A stretch of 63,137 nt of DNA, filler included, from Octopus bimaculoides (lineage: Eukaryota): the NCBI RefSeq assembly GCF_001194135.2. It is 6 parts of 6 records of this genome, joined end to end, with 100 filler letters (N's around TTAATTAATTAA, not from the genome) between each part and the next. Parts side by side here need not be neighbours in the genome. Positions count along the whole stretch, not along the records: positions 1 to 14,009 come from NC_068997.1; 5 more parts are not named here. One strand, written 5' to 3'. Below are positions 1-12,137 of the stretch, piece by piece. The translations under genes and the position numbers were made by a program. The first letter of the stretch is position 1. Every line of letters starts with the position of its first letter. The notes under the pieces are model-generated. The model did no database searches, was not told where the DNA came from, and worked only from the letters and a program-made list of their open reading frames with translations.

Positions 1-235
1 CACACACACACGAACACACACACACACACACACACGCACGCACGCACGCACACGTTAGCACACGCAGACACAAACACATACACATGCCACACAAGTACTC
101 ACATTTTCGCATACGTACACAGTGATGCACAAATGCATATGTAACACCTACACATACACACACACACATACATACATACATACATACATACATACATACA
201 TACATACATACATACATACATAACATATGCACATA
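1..235. repeat. Compound microsatellite (CA)n/(CACG)n/(TACA)n
   Basis: Visible directly in the sequence. Confidence 0.95.
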
Positions 236-1069
236 AACGTTACGTACTCAGTGACACATAGTGATATACACCAGGCCCAACACATTCACTTGTAAAAATA
301 ACACACATATATCTACACACTCATATATATAGACATACATATATAGACACACACCTGTATGTCTACATACATGTATGTGTCGTGTGTTGATATAAATATG
401 TCTATATATATTCATATACATACATATATATTTTATATATACATATATATGTATATATTCAGAATCAAAGAGATATATATGTATATATGTATATATATAT
501 GAATATATATGAATCACAAATAAACTAAGATAACTTAGACATGTTTCGACCAAAAATTAGTCCAAGCCATGTCTAACTTAATAGCCCCACTTGATAAGAT
601 TTGCTAAATACTTTATATATATATACATATATATACAAGCATTCTATACATATCTATTTGTACATATATATATATATANNNNNNNNNNNNNNNNNNNNNN
701 NNNNNNNNNNNNNNNNNNNNNNNNNNNNNNNNNNNNNNNNNNNNNNNNNNNNNNNNNNNNNNNNNNNNNNNNNNNNNNNNNNNNNNNNNNNNNNNNNNNN
801 NNNNNNNNNNNNNNNNNNNNNNNNNNNNNNNNNNNNNNNNNNNNNNNNNNNNNNNNNNNNNNNNNNNNNNNNNNNNNNNNNNNNNNNNNNNNNNNNNNNN
901 NNNNNNNNNNNNNNNNNNNNNNNNNNNNNNNNNNNNNNNNNNNNNNNNNNNNNNNNNNNNNNNNNNNNNNNNNNNNNNNNNNNNNNNNNNNNNNNNNNNN
1001 NNNNNNNNNNNNNNNNNNNNNNNNNNNNNNNNNNNNNNNNNNNNNNNNNNNNNNNNNNNNNNNNNNNNN

Positions 1070-1116
<47 letters not shown>

Positions 1117-1369
1117 TGCATACATATATGTTTATACATATATATACAAGCATTCTATACATATCTATTTGTACATATATATATATATATTAATATATAC
1201 ATATGTGTGTGTGTGTGTGTGTATGGTACATATGATGTATATTATATCTTACAGACTCATATGTGTATGTGTCTATATCAATGCTAGTGTGTGTGAGTCG
1301 ATAGTTATCTATGTATATTTGTGCGATTTTATTTATTAGTTAATCATATAAGGTGGGCGTGGCAGAATA

Positions 1370-2870
1370 CCTGACCTTTGCAGATCAACCTTTCCCAGTT
1401 TAGTGATATTGGAGCAGTTAATGCTTAATTTCAAGAACTGTTGATGGATGTCTTTAAGTGAAACAGGAACCAAGGACGGAATTTCAGTGAAGGAAGAAAA
1501 ACTGGGTAAGGTACTTGACGTAGGATCTGGGGGTATTTATATAATAGGGTGAGGAGCGCGTAGGGGAAAGAGAGACAAGTGTGTAGCACGGGCTAGGTTC
1601 AATCGGGTGGGAACAGTATAGGCAGTTGTAGTAGTGGTAGGAAAAACAACAGAGAAGAATCAGTGAGCCTATAGTTGTAGCATATTAGTCTTTTACTCTT
1701 TTACTTGTTTCAGTCATTTGACTGCGGCCATGCTGGAGCACCGCCTTTAGTTGAGCACATCGACCCCAGGGCTTATTCTTTGTAAGCCTAGTACTTATTC
1801 TATCGGTCTCTTTTTGCCGAACCGCTAAGTTACGGGAAGGTAAACACACCAGCATCGATTGTCAAGCGATAGTGATGAGTGAATATTTGTAGAACTGAAC
1901 AATGGTCTTTTGGTGAGACGCGCTTTAAGATGTTAATGTGTGTGTGTGAGTATGCGCGTATGTGTATGTTTATGTGTGTGTATGAGTGTGTATAGACGTG
2001 GCTCTGTTCCATTGTTGTCGGCAGCACCTCCAATGGGGTCTTTAATTGAGCTTAGTAGAGGGTCGTGGCTAATCAGGACTGGAATGTTTTCGGACCCTGA
2101 AGAAGAGGTCGAGTCTTTTGCAGATAATTTTAGCAATGAGCGCCCCATGCTATTATGTGAAAATACGAAGTTTAGCATTTGCGGGCGTTTCTTACTGGGC
2201 ATCAGAAAGACGTTAGGCAAGTAGGAACAAGACTCCTTTCTGACTACGAGAAGATTTACTTTCTCACGCTTCAATGGGAGCATGAGGTTTCTTCAATGAT
2301 GACTCCCCTCTATCTTCCCGGTCCCTCTTTGCCTATTCGGGTCCTCGACCGATGTATCGTCTGAATCCCTCTCTTATCGGCTGTGTTTCTTGCAAGGTAT
2401 ATTTGAGAAAGAAAGATGTTGTGTCGACGTCCCCAGGCGAAGAAGTAGGATCTCCCGAGACATATAAATAGAGGTAGTCTGGCCGTGGTAGGGGTGTTGA
2501 GTAGCAGTCGAGTAGCAGTCGAGTAGCAGTTGTGTAGCGGTTGAGTAGAGATCATCCGAAGGTGCTAAATAGCAGTAGCTTGAGACATAACAAAAGGGTG
2601 TTCAGAAGGACAATGCTGTCATGACCTTGATTAAAGGTGCGTTCCAGATCTCTGTTCACGGAAACAGTACAGGTGGTAGACCCTTGGATACACATGGATG
2701 GTATTTGAACGTAAAATGTTAGTGGGGATTGAAAGGTAGTGTTATAGGGACAGGGTTATACATTTTTAGTATTGATAGCATCTAGGTCATTCATGTACAA
2801 ACAGTAAAGTGCAGGAAACATAACAGAACCTTGAGGTCGACCAAATTCAATAGACTGTGAAATGGAAACA
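1370..2870 (-). mobile_element. Degenerate CR1-group LINE, RT and C-terminal part of ORF2, interrupted by a SINE and a (TG)n array
   Basis: Minus-strand translation near 2860-2600 gives GRPQGSVMFPALYCLYMNDL (RT motif GxPQGSxLxPxLFxxYxNDL) and VNRDLER. Further 3' the remnants resemble the CR1-type C-terminus. Many stops and frameshifts. Confidence 0.7.
1691..1874 (-). mobile_element. SINE family A, 3' half
   Basis: Reverse complement of the family tail ...GGTGCTCCAGCATGGCCGCAGTCAAATGACTGAAACAAGTAAAAGAGTAAAAG, also seen at 4440-4550 and 47460-47563. Confidence 0.9.
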
Positions 2871-2933
2871 ATATTGTCAACAGATACTTCAACAGAACAT
2901 TTTGACAGGAAATTTCATCTCTCTCTCTCTCTC

Positions 2934-2969
<36 letters not shown>

Positions 2970-3578
2970 CTGAATGAGTGTGTGTATGGATATATATNNN
3001 NNNNNNNNNNNNNNNNNNNNNNNNNNNNNNNNNNNNNNNNNNNNNNNNNNNNNNNNNNNNNNNNNNNNNNNNNNNNNNNNNNNNNNNNNNNNNNNNNNNN
3101 NNNNNNNNNNNNNNNNNNNNNNNNNNNNNNNNNNNNNNNNNNNNNNNNNNNNNNNNNNNNNNNNNNNNNNNNNNNNNNNNNNNNNNNNNNNNNNNNNNNN
3201 NNNNNNNNNNNNNNNNNNNNNNNNNNNNNNNNNNNNNNNNNNNNNNNNNNNNNNNNNNNNNNNNNNNNNNNNNNNNNNNNNNNNNNNNNNNNNNNNNNNN
3301 NNNNNNNNNNNNNNNNNNNNNNNNNNNNNNNNNNNNNNNNNNNNNNNNNNNNNNNNNNNNNNNNNNNNNNNNNNNNNNNNNNNNNNNNNNNNNNNNNNNN
3401 NNNNNNNNNNNNNNNNNNNNNNNNNNNNNNNNNNNNNNNNNNNNNNNNNNNNNNNNNNNNNNNNNNNNNNNNNNNNNNNNNNNNNNNNNNNNNNNNNNNN
3501 NNNNNNNNNNNNNNNNNNNNNNNNNNNNNNNNNNNNNNNNNNNNNNNNNNNNNNNNNNNNNNNNNNNNNNNNNNNNNN

Positions 3579-3609
<31 letters not shown>

Positions 3610-3642
3610 ATATGTTTATATATTTATGTATATAAGTACGTG

Positions 3643-3967
3643 AAGGCGCGTGGCTTAGTGGTTAGGGTAATCGGCTCATGGTCGTAAGGTGAGTTCAATT
3701 CCCGGCGGCGCGTCATGTCCTTGAGCAAGACACTTTATTTCACGTTGCTTCAATCCACTCGACTGGCAAAAACGAATTGTATCTGTAATTCAAAGGACCA
3801 AACTTGTCATAATCGTTGTGTCACGCTGAATCCCACTGAGAACTACGTAAAGGGTACAACGTGTGTCTGTGGAGTTCTCAGCCACTTGTACGTTAATTTC
3901 ACGAACAGGCTGTTCCGTTAATCGGATCAACTGGAACCCTGGTCGTCGCAACCGACGGCCTGCCAGT
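3643..3967 (+). mobile_element. tRNA-derived SINE family C
   Basis: A-box TGGCTTAGTGG and B-box GAGTTCAATTCC. The body matches the reverse complement of the 10527-10915 and 12885-13272 copies. Confidence 0.9.
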
Positions 3968-4131
3968 TTGTAATATAAATACATATGTACGAAAGTAGGC
4001 GTGCACATAATCACACACGCGTATAATATATTCTTGTGCTGAAAGGATTTTCAAATTATATTACTTTGCGAAAAAATTGTGTCTGGAAATGACGCTATCG
4101 TTTTTTAAAAAATAATATCAATAATATCATA

Positions 4132-4550
4132 GGCGCAGGAGTGGCTGTGTGGTAAGTAGCTTGCTTACCAACCACATGGTTCTGGGTTCAGTCCCACTGC
4201 GTGGCACCTTGGGCAAGTGTCTTCTACTATAGCCTCGGGCCGACCAAAGCCTTGTAGGTGGATTTGGTAGACGGAAACTGAAAGAAGCCCGTCGTATATA
4301 TGTATATATATATATGTATGTATGTGCGTGTATATGTTTGTGTCTGTGTTTGTCCCCCCAACATCGCTTGACAGCCGATGCTGGTTTGTTTACGTCCCCG
4401 TGATCTAGCGGTTTGGCAAAAGACACCGATAGAATAAGTACTAGGCTTCTAAAGAATAAGTCCTGGGGTCAATTTGCTCGATTAAAGGTGGTGCTCAAGC
4501 ATGGCTGCAGTCAAATGACTGAAACAAGTAAAAGAGTAAAAGAGTAAAAA
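4132..4550 (+). mobile_element. tRNA-derived SINE family A, full length
   Basis: A-box TGGCTGTGTGG, B-box GGTTCAGTCCC, CORE-like ACCTTGGGCAAGT, an internal (TA)n(TG)n linker and a (AAAGAGT)n tail. More than 10 copies in the window. Confidence 0.92.
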
Positions 4551-4594
4551 AGAGGATCTTGTTTGTCTATGGTGGAGTTAAAATTGATATTCTT

Positions 4595-4890
4595 CTTAGA
4601 GTTTGAGTGAGAAGCTCGCTTTGTAACCACTTGGTTTCAGGTTCATTCCTACTGCACATCACCTTCGACAAGTGTCTTCTACCATAGTACCCTGGGTTGA
4701 CAAATGTGTGAACTTAGTAGACGGAAATTGTATGGAAGTTTATCGTATAGGTATGTATGTCTATGTTTATGTTTGTCCTCCACCCCAACCACTTGATAGC
4801 CGGTGTTGGCTTGTTTATATCCCCGTAATTTAGCGGTTCGGCAAAAAAAAAGAGTACCGTTCTTAAAAAAGATAAGTACTGCGGTCGAGT
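4595..4890 (+). mobile_element. Older, diverged family-A-related SINE
   Basis: Collinear similarity to 4132-4550 (CAAGTGTCTTCTAC, GTAGACGGAAA, TAGCGGTTCGGCAAAA). Confidence 0.7.
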
Positions 4891-4904
4891 TGTTTAAACT
4901 TCAT

Positions 4905-5150
4905 TGGAGAAAGAAGACTAGATTCTGCTGGACACTCTCGGAGAAGTAATGAGAGACTGGTTAGGGAATCTCTGCTTTGGACTCCTCAGTACAGTTCTAT
5001 TCGTATTGGTTGCTCTACAAAGACGATATACGTCGGTCAGTTAACAATTGACAGCGAGACGATGTCAACGAAATGACATCACATTCCATGGAAGACAGAA
5101 GTGCGAGGAGGATGAGTGTCGTCACGTGAACGCGAACACGCTCTATCAGA
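4905..5150 (+). mobile_element. RTE-clade LINE 3' end fragment
   Basis: Translates IGERRLDSAGHSRRSNERLVRESLLWTP, resembling the RTE ORF2 C-terminus (RRLRFAGH...LLW.P). Confidence 0.65.
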
Positions 5151-5190
5151 GCAGAAAAAATTTGTAGCACACAGTAGCGCGATTAATATA

Positions 5191-5401
5191 CAGGGTGTCC
5201 ACAAAGTCTGGGTACATGGGGATTAACACATACTTTAAGAAATTATTATTTCTTATATTTTATTGTTTATGCTTATGATTTTATTTACTCCATGTACCCA
5301 CATGGGGTTGAACACATACTTTAAGAAATTATTATTTCTTTTATTTAATTGTTTGTTATGATTTTATTTACTCTATGTACCCAGACTTTGTGGACACCCT
5401 G
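5191..5401. mobile_element. Tc1/mariner-type MITE (211 bp)
   Basis: Perfect 27-bp TIRs CAGGGTGTCCACAAAGTCTGGGTACAT (5191-5217 and 5375-5401), flanked by TA on both sides. The interior is a tandem duplication of about 85 bp. Confidence 0.92.
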
Positions 5402-5414
5402 TATATTATAAAAC

Positions 5415-5655
5415 TAAGACGACGATCTGGTAGAATCGTTAGCACGCCGGGCAAAGTACTTAACGGCATTTCATCAAGTATTTCGTTACGTTCTGTTACG
5501 TTTTGAGTTCAAATGCCGCCGAGGGTGACTTTGCATTTCCTTATTTATGGGGTCGATAAATCGAGTTCCAGTTAAACACTGGGTCGATGTAATCGACTTA
5601 ACCTCTTCCCCGATATCGCTGGCCTTGAACCAAAATTTGGAACTAATATCTATTA
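5415..5655 (+). mobile_element. SINE family B
   Basis: TGGTAGAATCGTTAGCACGCCGGGC...GAGTTCAAAT...GGGGTCGATAAA; matches 10013-10243. Confidence 0.85.
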
Positions 5656-5669
5656 TAAAACTCGACATC

Positions 5670-5810
5670 CAGCAGCAGCAGCAGCTATTATTGCTGCTGT
5701 AGTTGCCATTACAGCTGCTGTTCTATATGTTGCTGTTGTAGTTGTTACGGCTGCAGTGGCTGCTGCTGTTGTTACTGTTGTCGCTGTTGTTGTTATCATT
5801 GTTATTGCTA
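5670..5810. repeat. Degenerate (CAG)/(CTG)/(GTT) trinucleotide tract
   Basis: Visible directly in the sequence. Confidence 0.85.
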
Positions 5811-6564
5811 CATGTGTGGTTCATCTTCGAATCAATCCTGATTATACATGATGCATGGCCAAAGGCGTTCCAGCGTGACCATTGCATTCTCTTAGCAGTG
5901 TGTAGGATGCAGCATGTAATGTGTAACTGTCCATATATGAGTTTATAAGGGTGGTTTGAGGGCGATTTGACTGTTAGGATCTACGTTAGAGGTTCCCTCG
6001 TAGATTCGCTCGGCAGTTGTTGTCATGTGACAAATCTATTTCGAAAGTCATTAATTGCAAATAACATGACGAAAAATCAATTAGTCTTTTTCTAGATAAC
6101 GTATATTTCATTTTCCTGCGCAAAAATTAATTTTCACCAATCTATATAATATCGAAAGCTTCGAACCAAAAGGCGCCTCAAGATGGCCGTCCGCTCTGCT
6201 AAAAATATCTGCTAAATTTCCTTTAAATTCTACCCTACCGCCTTAACACAGAACCACAGCACTTTGATCCATTCATAAATGCCTTTGACTTATCTATCAC
6301 ATCCCTTGTAATTCTCTCGTTTTCCAAATGTTTTGTATTTGCTGTGATATTTTCCATCTGGCGATGGCACGTTTTGTTGTAATGGTACAGATGGTTTTTG
6401 AAGGGGTGCCTTGTAAGTCATGTGTAGTCTTTATTTGGGTATTTGCAGTTTAAGGGATAAAGTTGTATATCCCGGAAACTGCATGCCGGTTCCCTTCGCT
6501 CTATGCTTGTTTCGTTCCAATGCCGCTGCGTGTATAGATTTAAATGAAAAGAAAATACACGAAT

Positions 6565-7860
6565 TACCCAGAGAAAAATATTCCATTACCGCCTTAGGAA
6601 ATTTACTCAAATTTACCTATCAAAAACAATTGGGAAATGTGGTAAAACGTAGATAACTGAAGACCAACTTCGTCATCGAGAATACAGATAAAAAAAAACA
6701 TAATATGAAAATGGTCCCAGATTAAAATCTCTAAAATAGTCATCACAAAATAATGAACCATATGTATTCGAAAAGGACCTCGTTTGTTTAATAACCAATA
6801 GAGAATTAAAAATAAACAGTAAGAACGATTTCCAACACTAACTAAAATTAGATTTAAAGATAATAGAATCTTGCAAAATCTGTTCATATTTACAGACAAA
6901 TTAAAGAACATGTACGAGGTAAGTAGACTCATGAACAACAGTCTTTCACACAACAGCATGTAGCGAAATCAGCACAGAAGCACAACAAACAGACATACAA
7001 CATAACGTTTTCAAGACTAACATAAATATATCACGAAAAAATGAAAGAAGAAAAACCAGTGTCGATGACACTGAATGATCTAAAAAAAAAAAAAAGAAAT
7101 ATTACCTAATTGTAGACTCATTAATCTTGCCAAAAGTGATTTTGGTATAATTGTAAAAAAAACAAAAAACAATTTGAGATAGATTAAACGCTAAAACAAC
7201 ATCGCTAAAGCAATTTGAATATGTAGAATTAATATGGCGTCAGTGAACACGTGGCTCAACGACATCAAAAGCAGAAATAAATGTTAATTTATCCAAATTA
7301 ATGTCGCTGATTATTATTCTCTAAACCTAACAACAGCTGACATTTGTAAGGAACGAATAGTTGCAGCATTTAATAAATTCAGCCTAGTGGATTTTACAAC
7401 AGTATCATACAACAGAGAATCTTAAAGCAGTAAACTTTCTGGATATTACATTTAACATAAACTGCATAAGCTCTTGAAGAAACCTAGTAGCACCACCCAT
7501 CATACGAGTATATTCCATTCAAACATCCAGTAAAATGCATTAGGTTGAAGATAAATGTATTATCCTTCGATAAAGTTATTTTTAACAACACAGCAGAGTA
7601 GTAAGCGAGTTGACGTTACGTAGCCGATATCATCAAGTACATGGGAACACCATCTTGCGATTGCCCAAAAAAGCATTGGGAAGAGAAATATCATATGGTG
7701 TAATCCACCTTGCAGTATGAGTGTAAAAACTGGTATAAAATTATTTCCTCTTTTCAATCAGAAAATATTTTTTGGAAGGTTATAAATTATATCAGCTGCC
7801 CAATAAAATGCAATAAAGGCACACTATGGCCACGTAGTAGATATGTCAAAAGCTTCAGTC
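6565..7860 (+). mobile_element. Penelope-like element (PLE) reverse transcriptase relic
   Basis: Frameshifted pieces LFIFTDKLKNMYEV, LPNCRLINLAKSDFG, FIQINVADYYS, NLKAVNFLDITFN and KRNIIWCNPPCS match PLE RT motifs (CRLINPAKSE, FIQFDI..FYPS, VNFLDVTF, RNIIWFNPP). Confidence 0.85.
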
Positions 7861-8010
7861 ACATGAAAAACATGTAATCGATATCCCCGATACAAAAATG
7901 TTGCAAACACACGTAGTTCCATGAAAGTCGACATGTAATTGCTGAACTGTAGATTTTTGTTCGCTGAAGTGTAAATGTCTAGAAAACAAAAAGCAAAAAG
8001 AAAAAAAACT

Positions 8011-8180
8011 AGGCGCAGGAGTTGTTGTGTGGTAAGTAACTTGCTTACCAACCACATAGTTCCGGGTTCAGTCTCACTGCGTGGCACTTTAGGCAAGTGT
8101 CTTCTACTATAACCTCGGACCAACCAAAACCTTGTGAGTGAATTTGGTAGACGGAAACTGAAAGAAGCCCATCGTATATA

Positions 8181-8228
<48 letters not shown>

Positions 8229-8250
8229 TATGTGTGTGTGTGTGTGTGTG
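8011..8250 (+). mobile_element. SINE family A, 5' half
   Basis: GGCGCAGGAGTTGTTGTGTGGTAAG head through to the (TA)n(TG)n linker. Confidence 0.9.
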
Positions 8251-8929
8251 TTTGTGTCATCCCCCTTCTTTCTTCAGCCAGTAACGGTTGGCGATGGCTA
8301 GAGACATATTGAGCTTTTTTTTAATTACCAGTTGATCTAGCAAGCGGGGCCTCATATCTGGTGCGCATTGATGCCGTCGAGAGGTAGGCCCCGAAACGGC
8401 GCGCATTCTCTCCTGATGACCCCATACACTTGCTGGCTTCCGGTATGCAGAGTTCTCGACTGGTAGCACTTGCATGTGCGAGCTGTTTGCAAGATAGCTA
8501 TTGTGAAGGGCGTTGTATGGTGGATGCGATTGAAAGGAATGAACAAATTAATGGAGCAGCAAGATGTGCTGTCCTATTCCTATTAGATGTATCGACAGGT
8601 AGATCAATGCAGCGAAACAGGCCCAGAAATTAGGGTTGCTCTAAGCATGAATCTGTAGACTCGAAAATGAGAGCTAAGCGAATATACTTGTATCAGGCTT
8701 ATCAAAGTTCTGTAGGGTGGCTTGATAAGCTCTTGCTAACCGTTCCTCTTTGAAGGACTTTTGTTTGTCAGTACTTTTTGTTATCTCTTGCGTTTTTTTA
8801 TTTTCTTTTTACACGTTTTTATGCACCAACTCCTACCACTATGTTGGACCCTGTCCTTTGTATTGTTTTCATTGGTCTTGATCCCTTGTGCTAACAAACA
8901 AATCATAATGATCATCATCATCAACAATA

Positions 8930-9144
8930 TTAAGGCGGTGAACTGGGAGAATTGTAAGTGCGTCGGACAAAATGCTCAGTGACACTTGTTCTGGATCTTT
9001 ACGATCTGAGCTCAAATCTCGACGAAGTCAAGCTTACCTTTCATCCTTTGGGGGTCGATAAAATAAGTGTCACTTGAGCGTTGTAGTTGATGTAACCAAC
9101 TTGTCCCGTCCCCTAAAACTTCTGACCTTAAGCCAAAATGTGAA

Positions 9145-9182
<38 letters not shown>

Positions 9183-9560
9183 CATTATTATTATTATTGT
9201 TATTATTATTATTATTATTATTATTACATCGACATTAGGGTCTGTGNNNNNNNNNNTTATTATTATTATTACATCGACATTAGGGTCTGTGTAATCGACT
9301 CGTCCCCTCCCACCAAATTTCGGGCCTTGTGATTTTAGTAGAAAATATTATTATTATTATTGTTAAGGCGGCGCGCTGGCAGATTCGTTAATACGTCGGA
9401 CAAAATGCTTAGCGACATTTCTTCCGACTTTACGTTCTGCGTTCAAATTCCGCCGTAGTCGACTTTGACATTCATTCTTTCGGGTCGATAAAATAAGTAT
9501 TAGTGGTACAGCGAGGTCGATGATATCGACTCATCCGCTCCACAAAATTGCTATGGTAAT
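8930..9560 (+). mobile_element. Cluster of SINE family B copies (about 8930-9140, fragment about 9225-9340, about 9364-9560) with (ATT)n tails
   Basis: Repeated AAGGCGG...GGACAAAATGCT...GGGGTCGATAAAATAAGT motifs and an (ATT)n array at 9145-9230. Confidence 0.85.
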
Positions 9561-10012
9561 TATTTTGCCTAACAACAGCGCAAGATTTAAACTTCGCTCT
9601 TTATTATTAAAGTTAATCATTCAATTATTATTTGGTCTGGAGGAAGGGAACTGGAGATGAGAAACAGAAAAAGGGTCAGAAATGCGGCATCAGCTTGAGA
9701 TGAGTATACGAACCTAGAAGTATTCTGAACACTGAAATCACCGAGGACGATGGTTTTGGGGAGGACTCGATTAAGATATGACTTCAATACAGGAGGAAAT
9801 ATGGTCGAAGGATTGTTGGTTGTTGGGTAAAAACTCTAAGTAAACCCTGAGTCAGATTAAGAGATTAGTTGAAAATCTTTGATGCTGATACTCAGGAGAA
9901 CGGTGAGAAGACCAGAATCTACTCATGCTTAAACATCAAATTTGGGAGTGAAGTTTTGAGTAAAGAGTAAAGCCGGGACAATATTGTTGGGTATACAGAA
10001 ATAGATTATAAG

Positions 10013-10243
10013 GCGGCGAGCTGGCAGAAACGTTAGCACGCCGGGCGAAATGCTTAGCGGTATTTCGTCTGTCTTTAACGTTGTGAGTTCAAATTCCGCC
10101 GAGGTCGACTTTGCCTTTCATCCTTTAGGGGTCGATAAATTAAGTACGAGTTACACACTGGGGTCAATGTAATCGACTTAATCCCTTTGTCTGTCTTTGT
10201 TTGTCCCCTCTATGTTTAGCCCCTTGTGGGCAATAAAGAAATA
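10013..10243 (+). mobile_element. SINE family B with target-site duplication
   Basis: 16-bp TSD AGAAATA(G/A)ATTATAAG at 9997-10012 and 10244-10259. A-box CTGGCAGAAACG, B-box GAGTTCAAATTCC. Confidence 0.92.
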
Positions 10244-10526
10244 AGAAATAAATTATAAGATTTGCATTTCAGACGGGGACAGGATGTATAGTTTACATGC
10301 TTGTATGAGGTGATGTATGGTAGGGTGGTCTATGTTGGATCGGATGATAGAGAAGAAGTGGGAGAATTGTTAACCGTTTTAAGTTTTAGTTTTTAACAAC
10401 TCATGAAAGAAAGATGGCGTCGGTGTATCGTGAGGTAACACTCTACTCGCAGTTTTGTGCGAAAGCTTTTAAGATGTCGAACTTCGTTAAAGGTAAACAT
10501 AAGCCCAGGTGATGGCGTTAAACTGG

Positions 10527-10915
10527 TTGTTGTTGTTGGCACTCCGTAGCTTACGATGTCGAGGGTTCCAGTTGATCCGATCAACGGAGCAGCCTGCTCG
10601 TGAAATTAACGTGCAAGTGGCTGAGCACTCCACAGACATGTGTACCCTTAACGTAGTTCTCGGGGATATTCAGCGTGACACAGTGTGACAAGGCTGACCC
10701 TTTGAAATACAGGTACAACAGAAACAGGAAGAAAGAGTGAGAGAAAGTTGTGATGAAAGAGTACAGCAGGGTTCGTCACCATCCCCCTGCCGGAGCCTCG
10801 TGGAGCTTTAAGTGCTTTCGCTCAATAAACACTCACAACGCCCGGTCTGGGAATCGAAACCGCGATCCTATGACCGCGAGTCCGCTGCCCTAACCACTGG
10901 GCCATTGCGCCTCCA
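10527..10915 (-). mobile_element. SINE family C, full length, (CAA)n tail
   Basis: 11-bp TSD CG(T/C)TAAACTGG at 10516-10526 and 10916-10926. tRNA-like head with B-box GGTTTCGATTCC. Confidence 0.93.
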
Positions 10916-11491
10916 CGCTAAACTGGTGAGTAGAATGGAGTCTACGTATATGTAAACACTAGATTTGAGCGCGAAGTTTTGAATAAAGAATGTAGATGAG
11001 ACGAAAGTGTTGGGCTATTGAAAGGGGATGTGAAATTAAGGTATCAAAAAGGCAAAGGATGTGTAATTTGCATGCTAACAGGAAGTGATGAATGGGAAGG
11101 ATCTACGTTGGATCGGATGTTAAAGTTTGCCGATGTTAGAGAAGAGGTAGGAGAATTGTCAATCGTGTTTAGTTTTTAAATTTTAACATCCCATGAAGAG
11201 AAAAAAAAACAAACAAACAAAAGGACACCATCAGTGCCAGAAGTTTTAACTGAATGCTTCCAGCAGATCGAATTTTGCTGAAGGAACCCGGGTGGTGGCG
11301 TTAGACTGGAAGGCGTGATATGCCTATTACAAAGAAAAGGTGAGATCCTCTGGAATATATACAACAGGACTACATTACACAAATGATGATCCGCAGGCAA
11401 TCCTCGTGCGAACACATGCTTTGGCTATCAGTATATGGATCTGTTGGGGGTACAGTTATATGAAGCCGGTATCACTATCTTTCTCTCTCTA

Positions 11492-11524
<33 letters not shown>

Positions 11525-11696
11525 CTGTATTTCATTGGCAGAAGTTACGAAGTGACTCAAGGGGTGAGTGTTACGTACATTGGCACTTATTAACCTTTAT
11601 TCAATTTCTCTTGTATTATTTAAACCTAAGCATACATGCATGTATGTATGTATGTATGTATGTATGTATGTATGTATGTATGCATGCATGCATGCA

Positions 11697-12090
11697 TGTA
11701 TAACCTCGTGGACATCGGTGGCAATTTTTTCTTCCTCCGTTTTTCCCTTCTTTGGACTTTCCTTGTTTCCGACGAAGAGCTCCGCTCGAAACGTCGTATT
11801 CTCTCGCTTTCCTTTCCCGAGCGTCTAGTAACATAATCTGTATCACGTCCTCACGCTGTTTTTTGTTGTTGTTTTCTTGTCTTTTTCNNNNNNNNNNCAT
11901 GTATAACCTCGTGGACATCGGTGGCAATTTTTTCTTCCTCCGTTTTTCCCTTCTTTGGACTTTCCTTGTTTCCGACGAAGAGCTCCGCTCGAAACGTCGT
12001 ATTCTCTCGCTTTCCTTTCCCGAGCGTCTAGTAACATAATCTGTATCACGTCCTCACGCTGTTTTTTGTTGTTGTTTTCTTGTCTTTTTC
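11697..12090 (+). mobile_element. Penelope pLTR-like fragment with hammerhead-like motif, present twice across a 10-N gap
   Basis: CCGACGA-A-GAGC-TCC-GCTC-GAAA-CGTC at 11769-11795 and 11972-11998, resembling PLE minimal hammerheads. The duplication is probably an assembly overlap. Confidence 0.6.
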
Positions 12091-12098
12091 CTTTTTTG

Positions 12099-12137
<39 letters not shown>

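Larger units (their letters stand above)
9880..11310 (-). mobile_element. Two diverged tandem copies of a probable LINE 3' fragment, each split by a SINE
   Basis: 9880-10526 (minus SINE B) aligns by eye with 10916-11310 (GAAGTTTTGA(G/A)TAAAGA, TGTTGGATCGGATG, GGAGAATTGT). Weak CR1-like C-terminal translation. Confidence 0.45.
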
